64,000 nucleotides of DNA, from the NCBI GenBank assembly GCA_037447605.1, contig CM074805.1, positions 2,761,361-2,825,360 on the forward strand, written 5' to 3'. The notes beneath the pieces are model-generated. The model did no database searches. It was not told the DNA's origin and saw only the letters and a list, made by a program, of their open reading frames with translations. This DNA is from Zygnema circumcarinatum SAG 698-1b. Taxonomy: Eukaryota > Plantae > Zygnematophyceae. Shown here piece by piece: positions 47,738 to 60,965 of the stretch (within the stretch, counting starts at the first letter, position 1; every line of letters begins with the position of its first letter). Made by a program: the position numbers and the translations under genes.

Positions 47738-48617
47738 GGCTATCTATGTCCCTACCGCCATGGCCGAGCATCAAACGGAGCAGGGTGAAAGGGCCGCGTT
47801 CGCTGCTTCAAAGTTTGTGAAAATTCGGTTGCGGACGATTGCCGAACGAGACACATGGAGAATGGACGAGCGGTCGAGCCATGATGTCCGTACCGTACTG
47901 CAGACGGAGCGACAGCGATGGAACGGGCGGGTGCAAAACTTGGGTTTGCGGTGTGCGTATAATTCCTTACGTGGCGCGATGTGATAGGTCCAATTTACAA
48001 ATGTTTAGCTACGCTAAAATCAGTGCCCCTATTGCCGGCGACGATTAGTTACGGATTGCTCCAATTCCAAAACGTCACTGAACTAGAGTCCAAAGACCGA
48101 ATCAGCACAAGCAAAATCTTAGAAATGGGAGAACTTTCAAATTTGTTTCAAATGTTAAAAATATTTATATGTTACAATTCCTGCCACGGCCAGGTAGTGA
48201 GGCGATCAACAGGGGCCTTGCCACCTGGCACAAGGGGCGAGAGGCCGCCATCTCATACGCTGGCAGAGGCTGACGTTGCACAGTGGGGCCGACTCGCCAC
48301 TAACCCTCGCCAAGGGCTTTGCATTCATTGTCTCGGGTTGAAGGGGGGGCTCCGCTGCACTCTCAATCTTTAACAACTACACATGAGCGGAAACCGTTCC
48401 TATTCATAGATTAATTTCTCACCCACTAGTGAGGCTAAGCCCAGTACAAAGGGGCAGGTAAAAAATAGGGTTGCTCGTTCTGGTAGTGGCGCATGTTCCT
48501 GAACTCGACTCAGCCTCCGGTGTGAAAGTGGAAGACCCCTGTGTATGAATAAAGTGCCTAAAGAATAATGATTCCGAAACTCATTCACCGATGTTTGACT
48601 CCCCAACGAGCAGAGCC

Positions 48618-51600
48618 TCAAGGGTAGTGGTCTCCGGGGTAACCGAATGGATTTTGCACTCTCCATTTCCACGCCATCCTCAAACTCTCTTCCAGATCCA
48701 CGTACTTGGCCTTCCATTCGAGCTCCTTATTGATCCTTGTTGGGTCACTGTACACCTCGGCGTAATCGCCCGGTCTGCGCTCCGCAACCTCCACAACTTT
48801 AATTTGTTTCCCGGTTACTTTGAGGCAAGCGTTCACAAACTCCCTCACCGATGACCCTGCGCCATTCCCAACAGGACACAGTAATCAGTACCTTCGTGCA
48901 CTGAGGAGACATATTGCCCTTTTTACGTGAAGCCTCGTTGAGACTAAAACGTCCCAGCTCCTCTGTGGACGAATCACTCTAGCCCTTTGGGTACTGACAC
49001 TGAATAAGAGAGACAACTCGAAGGAGAATAAGGACTTCAAGAATCGGTTTGTAATCTTGGACATCGTTTTTGCTTCAAAATCCGGTGAGAACCGTGAGAA
49101 GTTCTGCACATTTGCTCACCTTTGCCAGTGCCTACGTTGTAAATCTTCACTTGCCCAGAAACCTGCTTGTCCATGGCTACAACATGTGCATCCACAAGAT
49201 CAGTGACATGGATGAAATCGCGAATGCACGTGCCATCACGAGTGTTATAGTTCGTTCCCAAAATCTGTACACACAGAAACAAGGAAGATCCAAAGATACG
49301 TGTCTGCTGAGTATAGTTCAACTGCAAAAGCTGGAGCTCCACCCTTCTAATAGGGTCACGGAAAGGTAATGCCACCCCACAGAACTGTATTCGTTGCAGG
49401 GCCAACAAAAGCAACGCAGAAAGCCAATAATAACCCTAAATAAGAAATATGCTATGTCTCACAGTACATACAAAAAGCAGAATCTTGCATGCAGGCTACC
49501 TAGGCTTGCTTCTGTCACGTGGAACAACCAAAGATGTGCGGAACCAAGTCCATATGCAACGCCTGCAAGCCTGCCGACTGAAATTCCCTCAGAGTACAAT
49601 TTTGGCGGAAATCTCCTTTGCCCTTCAAAACTGAGGAGCAGGTCCTCCTCCTGCCGACCCATCCTACCCCACCGGCCCGCCCAGCCCCTTCAGCTGACCT
49701 TGAGCCCGTCGATGTTCCCGAGCGCAGCGTCAAAGCACGCCCCCGTGATGCGGCCATGGCGCCGAAGCTCGGGGCGGGGCATCTCCCCCAGCCGCCCGAG
49801 AGGGTCGGAGCCGATAACATTGAAGTACCTGGAGACCATGGCCCACTTTGGACTTAAGCTCCTCCATATCTTTTGAAATGCTAACTGAAAGTAACTGAAA
49901 GTAACTGCTACTGCGAGGAGATGAAGATTTTCCTTGAAGGATGACATTAAGGTGTAGCCGGGTGATTTATAGTGCAAGTCGCAGATTCACTGACTAACTC
50001 GAATGAGTCAGCTAGTGAAGCCAATGTTAGGTTGCACTAACCTTAGAATGGTGACAGAAAGCTTGCTATTAGTGCGTGCATAATCCTTGATCACATCTTC
50101 AGCCATTTTTTTTGCCTTCCCGTAAGGATTGATCGGGTTCTGCATGCCATCATTGAGCCTGAGTGAGGTGACCAATAGCGGTTGTAGGTGGAAATAGCGG
50201 ACAGGAAGATAACAATCGACCGTGTTTTCGTAGAGCTTCGCTTTGAAAGGCAAAGTTTTACATTCTAAATTGGCGTACACACCGAATAACAGAGCTCATC
50301 AATTCTACAGACATGTACTACTCTCATCCTTTTAAATCCACAGGCGAGCTCTTACACTTCTGGAGAAGGATAGGTAAAACGATGTTAAATCTCGAAACGG
50401 GGGGCAAGATGCACACCTGAGGAGTATCTTCTGTAATCGGCATCTTCTCCGGCTCACCATAAGTCGCACATGTCGAGGAGTAAATCAATCTGTCTATGTT
50501 GTAGCGGGCCATAGTCTCAAGGACGGTTAATGTATTAGACGTGATATTGTGATAATACCTGAAAAATGCCACGGGGAGTTAATATTGACCAAAGTAAAAG
50601 CACTTGTTCACGAAAAGTGGGACCAGAAAACAAAAACTTTTTGAACCAGCCTCTGAACCAGTCGAGCTGACTATTACCAATTACGAAAAGGAGGAATATA
50701 AAAAAAAAAATCGTGGAAGAGGCTGTGAGATGTCTACACTATTGCCTATCACACAGATAGTATTTAGCGAGACAAATAGCCAACTAAACGATAGCTATAT
50801 CGGTCATACCAGTATTCCATTGATTATAGAAAGATGAAAAATAGGCATCTGTATAAACGTTCAGAAGATTGTACTACTTACTTGAGAGGATCTGCCATAG
50901 ATTCTCCCACGTAGGCCACTGCTGCGAAGTGCATCACAACCTCAATAGCGTTATTCCGGAACAGCTGGTCTACCTGCGAAATTTTGAGTCAAGGTCTGAC
51001 TATAATTGTCTTGATCCACACAAAATACAGACTTCAACCTAAATTTCAGAATAAGATAAGAGGTGACAATGCATTTTCGTAGTATTGTTGACCTTAACAG
51101 TTACGACCGTCCACGCCTTGCAAGCACCAGACTTTCACATGGCATATTCCCTTCCATTTCACGTCAACAACAAGTCCTGTAATTCGAACTCGAATGCTCA
51201 TAAACTAAAAGCTGAAAAAAGGCAATGACAAACAGATTATGCACGGGGGAGGATACAGCTGCAGGATCTCCGAGATCCGCCTTCACAAATTGCAGTCGGC
51301 CCCTCTGCGCAATCTTTTGCAAAACCTTGACGGCGCCATAGTTTCCACGAGACATATTGTCCTGTTCGCCAAATGCAACCTTTTTCTCAGTCCAAGCTAA
51401 GTTCAAGAAAGGCGATAGAAAGGAAAACAAAACAATCTTCCTTACTCTTTTGCATTCACAAAAACCGACTGAACCGACTGTGGTTCCAATTGCATGTACA
51501 TCGAGCAGAATCGCCCATTCTGAATAATCAGTTCGACTTTGGTCTTTGATTTCCAAATCAACTATTACCTCGAAAAAGACAACCATCAAAAAAAGTTTCA

Positions 51601-52315
51601 GCTCGTCCAAACCCTTTTAATCCAGTTCAGTTGTGACACAGCAACTGACATGATTGTGCATCGGGTATTGAAATCTTATAAGTCTTGGTAAGTAGGAAGG
51701 TGCCAACCGAAAAAGCGCTCCCAATTACACATGCAAGTGAGTTTCCCTCGTTTTAATACAAGAAAAAGCAGCATTCTTGCTCAATCATCACTCTCCTCAC
51801 GCATGCGAGAATTAGGGCCACGGTGAAGATTAAATAGAATGAAAAAGGGGCAAGGAACTAACAACAATGGTGACCCGATAGCCATCCTTCAGCAAGCGTA
51901 GTGCTGCATGGGAGCCGATGTAACCGGCTCCACCGGTAACCAGAATGTGCGGAACATTGGGGTCCTTAACTCGAAACTGCAGCACAACCGAAATGGTATG
52001 ATCATCTTTTAGAACGAGCGGAACCTATCAGTTGCGAGATTCTTTCAGTCAGAAACCTGTCTACCGCTCATTCGAGCATCCAGTTTTCTCCAGCCCTTCC
52101 TAAATCCCCCCCTAAATCCCCACCCAATCTAAGATCTAGGCTTTACCCTCCCACTGAAAAAGAAGGAAATGGGGTTCGCAACATACCGCAGCAGGCGTCG
52201 AAACGAAGGTGCTCTTCTGCTGAACGATGTACATCACCAGAGCCGTGAGAGATGCTGCCACCGCCATCTTCAACAAAGTGCCATTGTGCCGCTGCGTCCA
52301 TGATGCCAACTCCAT
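48618..52315 (-). CDS. UXE: UDP-arabinose 4-epimerase (UXE/MUR4-type, Golgi type II membrane extended SDR)
   Basis: Nine exons: N-terminal [75 protein letters not shown]. Phases consistent. Confidence 0.95.
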
Positions 52316-53348
52316 GAAGCCAAGCCCTTCACAACCCATCCGTCAACTGGCGAATGTACGGCGTGTTTCAATGTCCATTCCCCTCTCCTCTTTGCCTCGC
52401 TCTCGCTTCCCTCTCCTCCTTCCCTCCTTTCCCTCCTTTCCCCTTCCCTCCTTCCCTCCTTCCCTCCTTCCTTCCCTCCTTCCCTCCTTCCCTCCCCTCC
52501 CTCCTCCCACCGCCCTCCGCCCCCCGCCCGCCCCACTACCACCTACTCCCTCCCTCCGAGCCCCGCGAGGCCGGCTGTGCCGTCGCGTCCCTTCAAACGC
52601 GCGCCCGCCCCGCCCAGCCGGCGCACCACCGTACGGCCCCGGTAAACACGGCTTGCCGTACTATGCCGGCATACCGTGCCGTACGGTAGGTATCTCGGTG
52701 GGCAGATTCACAGCTTTCGCTAAATTTCTCCGCAACTTTTTCCCGCAGCGGTTCAGATATGCCGAAAATGCTCGCCGACCCTCGCGCACGTTCAAAACGT
52801 TTCTTCGGCGCTGTACGGCCGGGGAGTGAGCCGGCTGTTCGCTGCCGCCGTTCTGGGCCATTTGTTACGGCTTCGTCGGATTTGTGAACAAGACTGGCGC
52901 AAGGAAACGCGCATCTGGCCGTTGAACTGTGCCTATGACGACAGTGTCCTCTCAGCTCCCGATGGCGCAGCTTTGAAATATGGACGGCTGCGATGGAGCG
53001 AATCTCCAGGTCGCCCGGCCGTCGTGCCCGCCGCGGCAGGCCGACTCACCGTGACGCAGGGAGGGGACGAAACAAACACAATCCGGCGTTGCCGATCGCA
53101 GCACTGCGATTGGCTTTCCTCGGCGCAGCCAATCGGAGGCTCTCGTTTAAGTGCAAATTTGGGGCGATATGCGGTGGGGCGTGTGTATTTCGGGGCGCGT
53201 GCGTACGGAGCTAATCCGACCGTTTGCTGCGCGGACCGCTCGGAGGAGGCTCAAAGGACGGCCCGAGAGTAGAGCGTGTTAGGGTTGGCACTCCGCTCGC
53301 AGCAGGCAGGCAGGCAGGGGAGGCAGGCAGGCAGGCAGGCAGGCAGCC

Positions 53349-54389
53349 ATGGCGCGTACCAAGCAGACAGCTCGCAAGTCCACAGGAGGAAAGGCGCCAA
53401 GGAAGCAGCTGGCCACGAAGGTGAGTGCCAGGTCTCTGTCTTCGACTTGCGAGAGTTAGTCGATGAAGTTAAAAAAAAATCTGTGAGCCAGTGGTTTGTT
53501 GCAGCAGTGTCTGTTATTGCAGCAGTGCGACTGATTATTGGAAGAGTTCTGAATGTGTGTTTCTTAATTATGGTGGAGTTTTGACTGTGTATTGTCGTTC
53601 CATACTTGTTTATTACCTTCTATGACAGGCTGCGCGTAAGTCAGCACCAACCACTGGTGGTGTGAAGAAACCTCATCGTTATCGTCCCGGTACTGTTGCT
53701 CTCCGGTAAGTTTCATTAATATATTTTGTTTAAAGCGCTTGTGCTTCAATCCTTCTGAACCCACTGAACTTTTGCAATAGCTTTCCATGGTCATGGTCAT
53801 GGTCATGTAATCCAGGGTTCGGGGATATTCCATCGCTGACTTACTTTTGTCATTTTGAGGATGTTTCAGTGAGATTCGCAAGTATCAGAAGAGTACCGAG
53901 CTTCTGATTCGCAAGTTGCCTTTCCAGCGACTGGTCCGCGAGATCGCCCAGGATTTCAAGGTGGGTCTTTATCTTCATCGGATGGAATGTTCTTATTTAG
54001 GTGTCTCTTGCCCAGTGTTCACGGTATTCATGTTCCTCCTAATGTTCAGTGTTTCTTTTTATGAGAAAGCAGACAGGCTTGTTAATTAGGGTTAGCTTCC
54101 CTTGAAAATCAATTGTCTGTTTTCTCTTCATATTTAAGAATCGCGAACATTCTGATGCATTAGGAGAGTTTGTCTTTTTATTAACATCTCTGTTTCGAAT
54201 GTTGTCTACGCTTTGCAGACTGACCTGCGTTTCCAAAGCCACGCGGTCCTCGCTCTCCAAGAAGCAGCTGAGGCCTACCTGGTCGGACTGTTTGAAGACA
54301 CGAACTTGTGCGCTATCCATGCTAAGCGTGTCACCATCATGCCGAAAGATATTCAGCTGGCTAGGCGTATTAGAGGCGAGCGTGCTTAG
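53349..54389 (+). CDS. H3.3: Histone H3.3 (replication-independent, intron-containing), 136 aa
   Basis: Exons 53349-53420, 53629-53705, 53870-53960, 54219-54389. Plant H3.3 signature residues T31, Y41, H87, L90. Confidence 0.98.
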
Positions 54390-55466
54390 TTGTATCATAA
54401 GGACGCGGTGCTCTGCATGCAGCAAGTGATGATGTACATATTCCAGGAGTCGTGTATTCGCCTTCAAATGGATAACTTTTGGTTGGTGTCAAAACATACC
54501 TGGCAACAACTCTCTATGCCACCGAGTATCAACAATATGTAGGACTTCCGTAGTGAGTGTGATGCGATCTCTGCTACTATGAGATGGCTTTAACTTGGCG
54601 TGCGCGGAGAATATGACGCAGAATGGCCCAGCAGGTTTAATTTCTCTCGTGCTTCGGAATATTGTCTGGACTTGACTCGGTCCTTCGCTTGTATTTGATA
54701 GTTATGTCAAGCTTAGGGCGGTCATCCATCGATTGGTTAAACTCTAGTGTACTCGGTTGTGCCATAGAGTACCTTTTGCAACTGAAGGGAAGCTTTCGTC
54801 AGTGGGTCCTATGTTTTTGTATGGCAGTGCGTACGTAAGCACTGCAAGTACGTTGCAAATCTTGCTCCTATTTTAGCTTTCTTACTTGCAGATCAAGTGC
54901 ATGATGGATGGGTGCTGATTCTCTAAATGACAATTTGTTGCTTCAACTTGTTACCTTTTATGAGTTAACTGGCAACCAGATTTAACTTTTAAGTCAAGTT
55001 ATAAGGTAAGCCCGGTGTACTCGGAAAGTTCGATTGGTGCCTGTATTTGTTGCATAAATTTGTAATTAGATTAAACAGCTTTCCTTTTTATTGTATCAGA
55101 GTGCATGTCATCCAGGGCCGAAAGGAGAAACTTCGCAAAGAAACATCAATATTTGATTAAATTTCTGTTAGCGAATTCAGATATGTGAAGCTGACCACCT
55201 GATGTAGTTATTCAGAACTCGTTGCATGTTGTCTTCACTCCACTCATGCAAACACTCGTAAAGAAAACAATATTATTCAGCTTGATGTAAATGACCGACA
55301 AACCACCTCGTCGATTCTGGGACATAACGTTTGTGGCACGCTGAGGTAAGGGAAGGGGCCTCTTGGTTGCCGAATACAATATCACAAACAAGAAAGAAAC
55401 AGTTCCTCAAACATCAGAGCGTGCTCCCCAACTGGAGGCATTGTAGGTACTTCGATTTTTTAGTAG

Positions 55467-57312
55467 TCACGTCTCGCTCTCAAGGTCCGGTCGCTGGTCG
55501 TCCAAACTAGATTTGACGGTTTCTGCAAATGCCTGGGGATGATGCTTCTTGAGCTTCTCCTTGAGAACTCTGCCCACGGCCATGGGTGCCACTCAGTCAG
55601 GCCATGCCCAACAGTGCACAAGTGACTCCTTCCTGCCCTCCCCCTCTCTCTCTCTCTCTCACTCTCTCTCTCTCTCTCTCTCTTCCCCAACTGTCTGCAC
55701 TCTAGTCGTTCGTTGCCATTTCCTGACAATCGGGATAGGCGTTTCCATCAACGGCATCACTTTCGTTTTCTTTGACAGCGCGGAAAATCTTTTGTGAAGG
55801 AAAAAGTAAATCAGGAAGAAGAAATAAAGGAAGGTTTGAGGCGCAAATGAAAACAGCGAAGGTCATTCAGTAATAACGAATGTCTTGAAGGCAAAAACGG
55901 ATTCTGCAATCGCGTCTATCTCCAAGTTAGGCTCAGTAACGACAGACCTGATCCGCCGGAAAATGTGATCCAGGTCATTCTTCATGCCCCGAAGCAGGCG
56001 CGTATTTCGGGAGAAGTCGTTCACCACTGCCGTAAAGCTTCGTCCGGAGAAATCGTTAAAATGCGACAAGACAGCAGTGCTGTCCTGCAAACGCCCCAAT
56101 CTGGGAAGGGTCGAGGAGCAAGGAGAAAAACGACGCATGTCAGTAATCAGAAAAGCGTTGCCGTACTTGATGGGCAGATAACTTCTTTGCCCGATCAAGA
56201 CTGGTTTAACTGGTTGTCTTTCAGCAACACAGTCGGCTCTAGGGTCTCGAACAGATCAAGCATGTTTAACGTTGAGTTTGCTCGACATAATCAAACGTGC
56301 TCAACTTTCATACGGTCCACACACACGCATAGCCACCAGCATCTGCTTTCAAGAGCCCCGTTGACGCGACTGGTCCTTTTCCAAAGTGCTGATGATCGCT
56401 AATCTTTTCAGGATTTAAAGATAGATCAACAATAAAGTACAGCAAGCACATGGTAAGGAACTCAAAATTGGAAAAGTGAAGGCAAAGAAACCGTAAGAAG
56501 AGCATGGCCAACATCCACCACGGTTTGCAACTTGGGACAGCTTTCCTTTTTAGAAAGTAAGCAAATGCTCTCGCATAGTCTATAAATCCTATTCCTAACA
56601 ACATGGATCCCAGCCACAATTCATCAGCTTGTAGCTCACACAATCGTTTTGATACCAATTCACCCTAATCTCATTTACTTTCGTTTCTGAGTCATTCTTC
56701 ATCCAAAACGGCCAGAAATTTCGTAGGATTTCATATTCCTATGTCAACAGCCTGAACGCCATAAGCAAACCTACTTAAGAGATTCATGTCACGTGTTCCA
56801 GCCTCTATGGATAACTGAGATCTAACTTTCTTTATTCACAAGCACAGAGTATCCGTAGACAGAGCGGCCTTAGTGGTCCAATTATCACTTTCTGTTCCAC
56901 CCGTCATCTATAGACATGCTTCAGATAAACAATCCCCAACGTTTGAATTTGCGCGGCGACGAACACTTAGTTTTTGCTAGGTGAACATGAAAAACTTTAA
57001 CGTCTTAAACTTGGCTAGACTGCAAAGCCATTTGAAAGTTTATTTCAGTTTAGACATCCCTCATTAAACTGTGTAAGTGCTATAAAACCGCAGAATGATG
57101 TGCCAAATGCATCTTTCAACCCCCATATTCTGTCATTCAATCAAAACGCTGCCTAAATCTCAAACACGGCCTCATATCTCACTAAAAAATGCGGCCCACA
57201 TTTGCATTTGCAGTGCGTTGAACTCAGCCACGTGTTCCGAAGACATCAGCGTCTTCACTTCGGCTGCCATGGCCGCAGCCGCATCTGCGCGCGGAGTGTC
57301 GTTGTCAGCCAT
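55467..57312 (-). CDS. KXD1: KxDL-motif protein (KXD1; BLOC-1/BORC-associated)
   Basis: Exons 57312-57200, 56100-55948, 55569-55467: LQMQILGRLQDSTAVLSHFNDFS...NTRLLRGMKNDLDHIFRRIRVLKEKL...HPQAF. Confidence 0.88.
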
Positions 57313-57939
57313 CTGCAGAGGCAACAGCGCTTAGCACCGGTCTCCCACAGGGAACGGCATTTCCTCTGAATTTCAAACGCTGCAGCAACCCAAGTTCTCT
57401 AGCCCTTTGTTCTTTGTAAGAACATTTTCTCAAGGAAAGTGGGGCCTCTTAAACACAATTGCCCTGCCCTGGCCTGCCCCGCCCCCGGGTAAGCAGCGAC
57501 TAATCGCCAGGCAAGTGAGGCCCCCAAGTGGCATGCATGGATGCGTCCGTCGTCCATGCCATGGATGCATCACGAGCTGGCACCGTACCTCACCGTATCG
57601 TGCCGTGTCATATCGTATCGTTGTAGCCTCGTATCGGTATCGAAAATGCAATACCGTACGGAGTGCGTGTATTAAATACCGTATCGTATCTATGTGAACG
57701 GTATATTGGGCGGTGGAAACCTCCTGAGGCCTGCCTCCGCGCCCGGATGGCGACAAAAGGCCGCGCACGGACCGGCCCGCTCCAGCAGGCCCGTACAGCC
57801 AGCGGGTGGTCGGCGGCTCTTCATTGGCTGGCTGGCGCTGTGCTGCTCTTTCTCAGGGTCTCAACATGGCGGAGTTGCATCCGCATGCGGCTTGCAGTTT
57901 GCGGTGTGCGGTTTGCGGTTTGTGGTTGGTGGTTTGCAG

Positions 57940-58107
57940 TTTGCACTTTGCACTTTGCACTTTGCACTTTGCACTTTGCACTTTGCACTTTGCACTTTGC
58001 ACTTTGCACTTTGCACTTTGCACTTTGCACTTTGCACTTTGCACTTTGCACTTTGCACTTTGCACTTTGCACTTTGCACTTTGCACTTTGCACTTTGCAC
58101 TTTGCAC
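57940..58107. repeat. Perfect (TTTGCAC)24 heptamer array with degenerate TTTGCGG/TTTGTGG flanks
   Basis: 168 bp = 24 x 7, read directly. Confidence 0.95.
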
Positions 58108-59070
58108 TTTGCGGTTTGCGGTTTGTGGTTTGTGATTTACGGTTTGCAGTTTCCTGCTTGCAAGTGGCAACCCGCGCTCAAAGGTTTTCGGTTTTCAACA
58201 TCGATAGAGTGACGTCACGGAAACGCCATCTGAGAGGTCGTAACTTTATCGGGAGGACGAGTCGTTGTACGGAGCCTCCTTCTGGAACATGCAGACGCTG
58301 GTTCGCGGAACCTTCCGCACGCCTGAAAATCGTCAGTCGAAGCTACCAATTACTAGTGACTGCAAATGTCTCTTCTTGGAGCTCATCATCGATGATTTGT
58401 GTGTCAATGCAAGGCAGAAAAAAGAGGATCCTGGAGTTGAAACGCATTCCTGCCACATTCTGATCGCAGTACATCATTTCTGGGCCGTCTGGCATGTCTT
58501 GGTTGGGAAAGCGGAAAAGGGCGAATAGAGCGGTGAGTGCATCACCCCATTTCGTGAGGCTTCGTCAATGGCAATACAGGCTTCTTCTGCATATGATTTT
58601 TTTCACGGCCTGCTTCTTCAGTAGAATTTCAAGGCGGTTTGATGGATAGATTTTCCTTTTTCGCTAATGGTTGCTCGTATTATTTATTTGTTTTTTTTTT
58701 TTATGAGTTGTACATGCAGTTGAAGGATATAGAGCAGGTTTCTCCAGCTTTACTGTTGCCCTGGTCTATACTACTTCTCTTTGAATGACTCGGATGAACC
58801 TTCTTTTCAATTGAACAGTCGTGTCGATGATAATGGAACTGGAATTCCTCGCCTGTCTCGTTTTTGTGCGACTCTTGATTTTGATTTATCTCCTGGCTTG
58901 CTTAATACTAACTTGCTTCCCTATATTTACCTCATCGTTAAATATTAACGATCTTCAAGACGAGCTGGACACGGCATTTAAGGGAAGCAAGCAATGCAGA
59001 ATCTAGCGTGGTCACTAATTTACCTTTTCTGTCCTTTGTCTGACTGGGAATAACAACCTGTCGAATGCAG

Positions 59071-59550
59071 GGCTCTCATAATAACAGATGGCAGTCTCTG
59101 TTGGGCAGTTGTGAGGGGAAGTTAGAGGATACCGTAAGCAATCTTGAAGCAGGGGACAAAGGAGAAGTGGACGCACCTGAACTTGAGCACTTGGACGCAG
59201 AGCTTTTTGGAGAACATTCTGCAGGCGGGAATGAATGTGCCGCCTCTTTGGATGTAACGTCTGTGATCACGAGCAGCTGGGGAGAGGCTGCAACTGCGTT
59301 GGCAGACCTTTGTACCACAATCTTATCGACAGCCCATGTTCGATCAGATCAGTATCCTCCACGAGTCATCAGAGCAGCCATACAGTACCTTCAGGCATGG
59401 AACAACGGCCCAAGCGAGCATAGAAGAGCACCCAAGAAGCGAGAGTTGAAGCTACGATCTCGACCCTATCGTTTCATTCTGCCTGCTGTTCCGAGGCCAC
59501 CTACTGAATATGTTCCCCTCCAAGGGAGACAGCCTTCTCTGAAAACATAA
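59071..59550 (+). CDS. Probable terminal exon of an unidentified gene (upstream exons likely within 57.7-59.0 kb)
   Basis: TGCAG acceptor followed by a 160-codon open frame of protein-like composition. No recognised domain. Confidence 0.4.
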   Translation, partial: GSHNNRWQSLLGSCEGKLEDTVSNLEAGDKGEVDAPELEHLDAELFGEHSAGGNECAASLDVTSVITSSWGEAATALADLCTTILSTAHVRSDQYPPRVIRAAIQYLQAWNNGPSEHRRAPKKRELKLRSRPYRFILPAVPRPPTEYVPLQGRQPSLKT

Positions 59551-60099
59551 TGCTTCCTTACTGAAGAGTGAGTCTTTCAGGAAAACTGTAACGCGCCTCG
59601 ACATATTTCTTTTGCTTGGAAAGTGTATGTGCACTATGAGTACTAGAGCACATTTTTTATTTTCCAAGAATGTCAGCATAGAGACTCGTTGTAAGGGAGC
59701 AAGGTTATTATGTATTTGTGCAAGTAACTGCATTCTTCATTAGGGAGTGTCAATACGCGAAACGTCTCTCTGCTACAGGAGAAGGGAACTGATTGGCATT
59801 AACCTCACGATGGTGACGCCATCGAATGTAAATACAAATCAAATGTACTGAAGGAGTGTTGTCAGTAAATTTTCTACAAGATGAAAAAACGAATTAAGCA
59901 TTGTATTGGTTTTGTTTGGCTCAGCGGTATGCAATCATGGATGGTTGCCCTCAATTGCACTTATGTTTAAACGAATTGTGCTCAATGACTCCCCTACCGT
60001 CCAATGAGCGTCTCAACCAATTGCGCAGCTGCGCTAGGCGTAGGCCCACATTGCTGGGGTGGGCGATGGAGGAAAAGGCCGGCATCAGGAGACCCCTCT

Positions 60100-60965
60100 T
60101 CAGGGTGCAATGGTTGGCTGGCTCGCGATTCAATGGTTCGGAACCATGGCAATGGTTGGAACCATGGCAATGGTTGGAACCATTACGGTACATAGAAAAC
60201 GCCGATAGCCGGATTCGAACTCTTGGCCTATAACCAAACCAGACCTCTGATAGACTCTAGGCCCCGCGAACGGCGCTTCCGACCGTTGCGCCTGCTGCCG
60301 CTGCCTCTGCCGCGGCCACGTGGCAGCCTCTTGTCGTTGTCTTTGCGTTTTCCTGTCGCGTGTCTTGCTGCATTGCTCTGTTTTTGTTGTTTGTGCTTCT
60401 TTTCGTTTTTTGTTTTTTGTTTTCGGTTGTTTTGCTGCTGTTTTGCTGCGGTTTTTTCTGTTCTAACGTTTCTCGCCTTGTTTTCTGACATTTTCTGCCG
60501 TAGCTTGTCTTGCTGTGTTGCGTTTTCCCTTTTGTCTCCCCCTTTGCGTCTCTTCGTCCTTGTGCTTCTTCTTTTGGAGCTGCTCTCGCCTTTTATGCCC
60601 TTTCCACCCTTTTTCTGCTGTTTTTCTCCTTCCTTTCCCTTCTCCCTTCCCGTCGCCTCCCTGGTCCCNNNNNNNNNNGGCACTGGTTGGCAACCAGTCG
60701 AATGGTTGCGAACCAGTGGCATCCACTGGTTCCAAACCAGTCGAATGGTTGTTTCGGTCCTGAGCCACTGGTTGGCAACCAGTCGAATGGTTGTTTCGGT
60801 CCGCAACCACTGGTTGCCAACCAGTCGACTGGTTTGTCTAATGGTCCGATCTGTGAAACATTTATACAAAATAAATTACAAAACTTCTTCGGTACTGTAA
60901 TTCGAACCATTGGCAATGGTTGGCTGGCTCGCGATCCAATGGTTCACAACCATTGCAATGGTTGA
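60100..60965. repeat. Arrays of spaced palindromes (18-bp and 42-bp units) around a CT-rich low-complexity core; contains an N gap
   Basis: (CAATGGTTGGAACCATGG)x3 near 60136-60184; ~42-bp units with ACTGGTT-GGC-AACCAGT at 60679-60838; a ~30-bp direct repeat CAATGGTTGGCTGGCTCGCGAT at ~60107 and ~60915. Confidence 0.75.

Noticed and set aside
20234-54389. Functional gene cluster (cell wall: TBL + UXE; chromatin/RNA: ALY + MTB + H3.3)
   Set aside because: Housekeeping neighbours with no shared pathway or operon-like evidence; would need synteny data.
57663-58463. LCTLHFA / KVQSAKC repeat proteins
   Set aside because: Translation artefacts of the (TTTGCAC)24 array.
60195-60260. B-box-like GAGTTCGAATCC on the minus strand as a further tRNA
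   Set aside because: No convincing stems or A-box around it.
60679-60838. CRISPR-like array
   Set aside because: The units are tandem with no unique spacers, there are no cas genes, and the context is eukaryotic.
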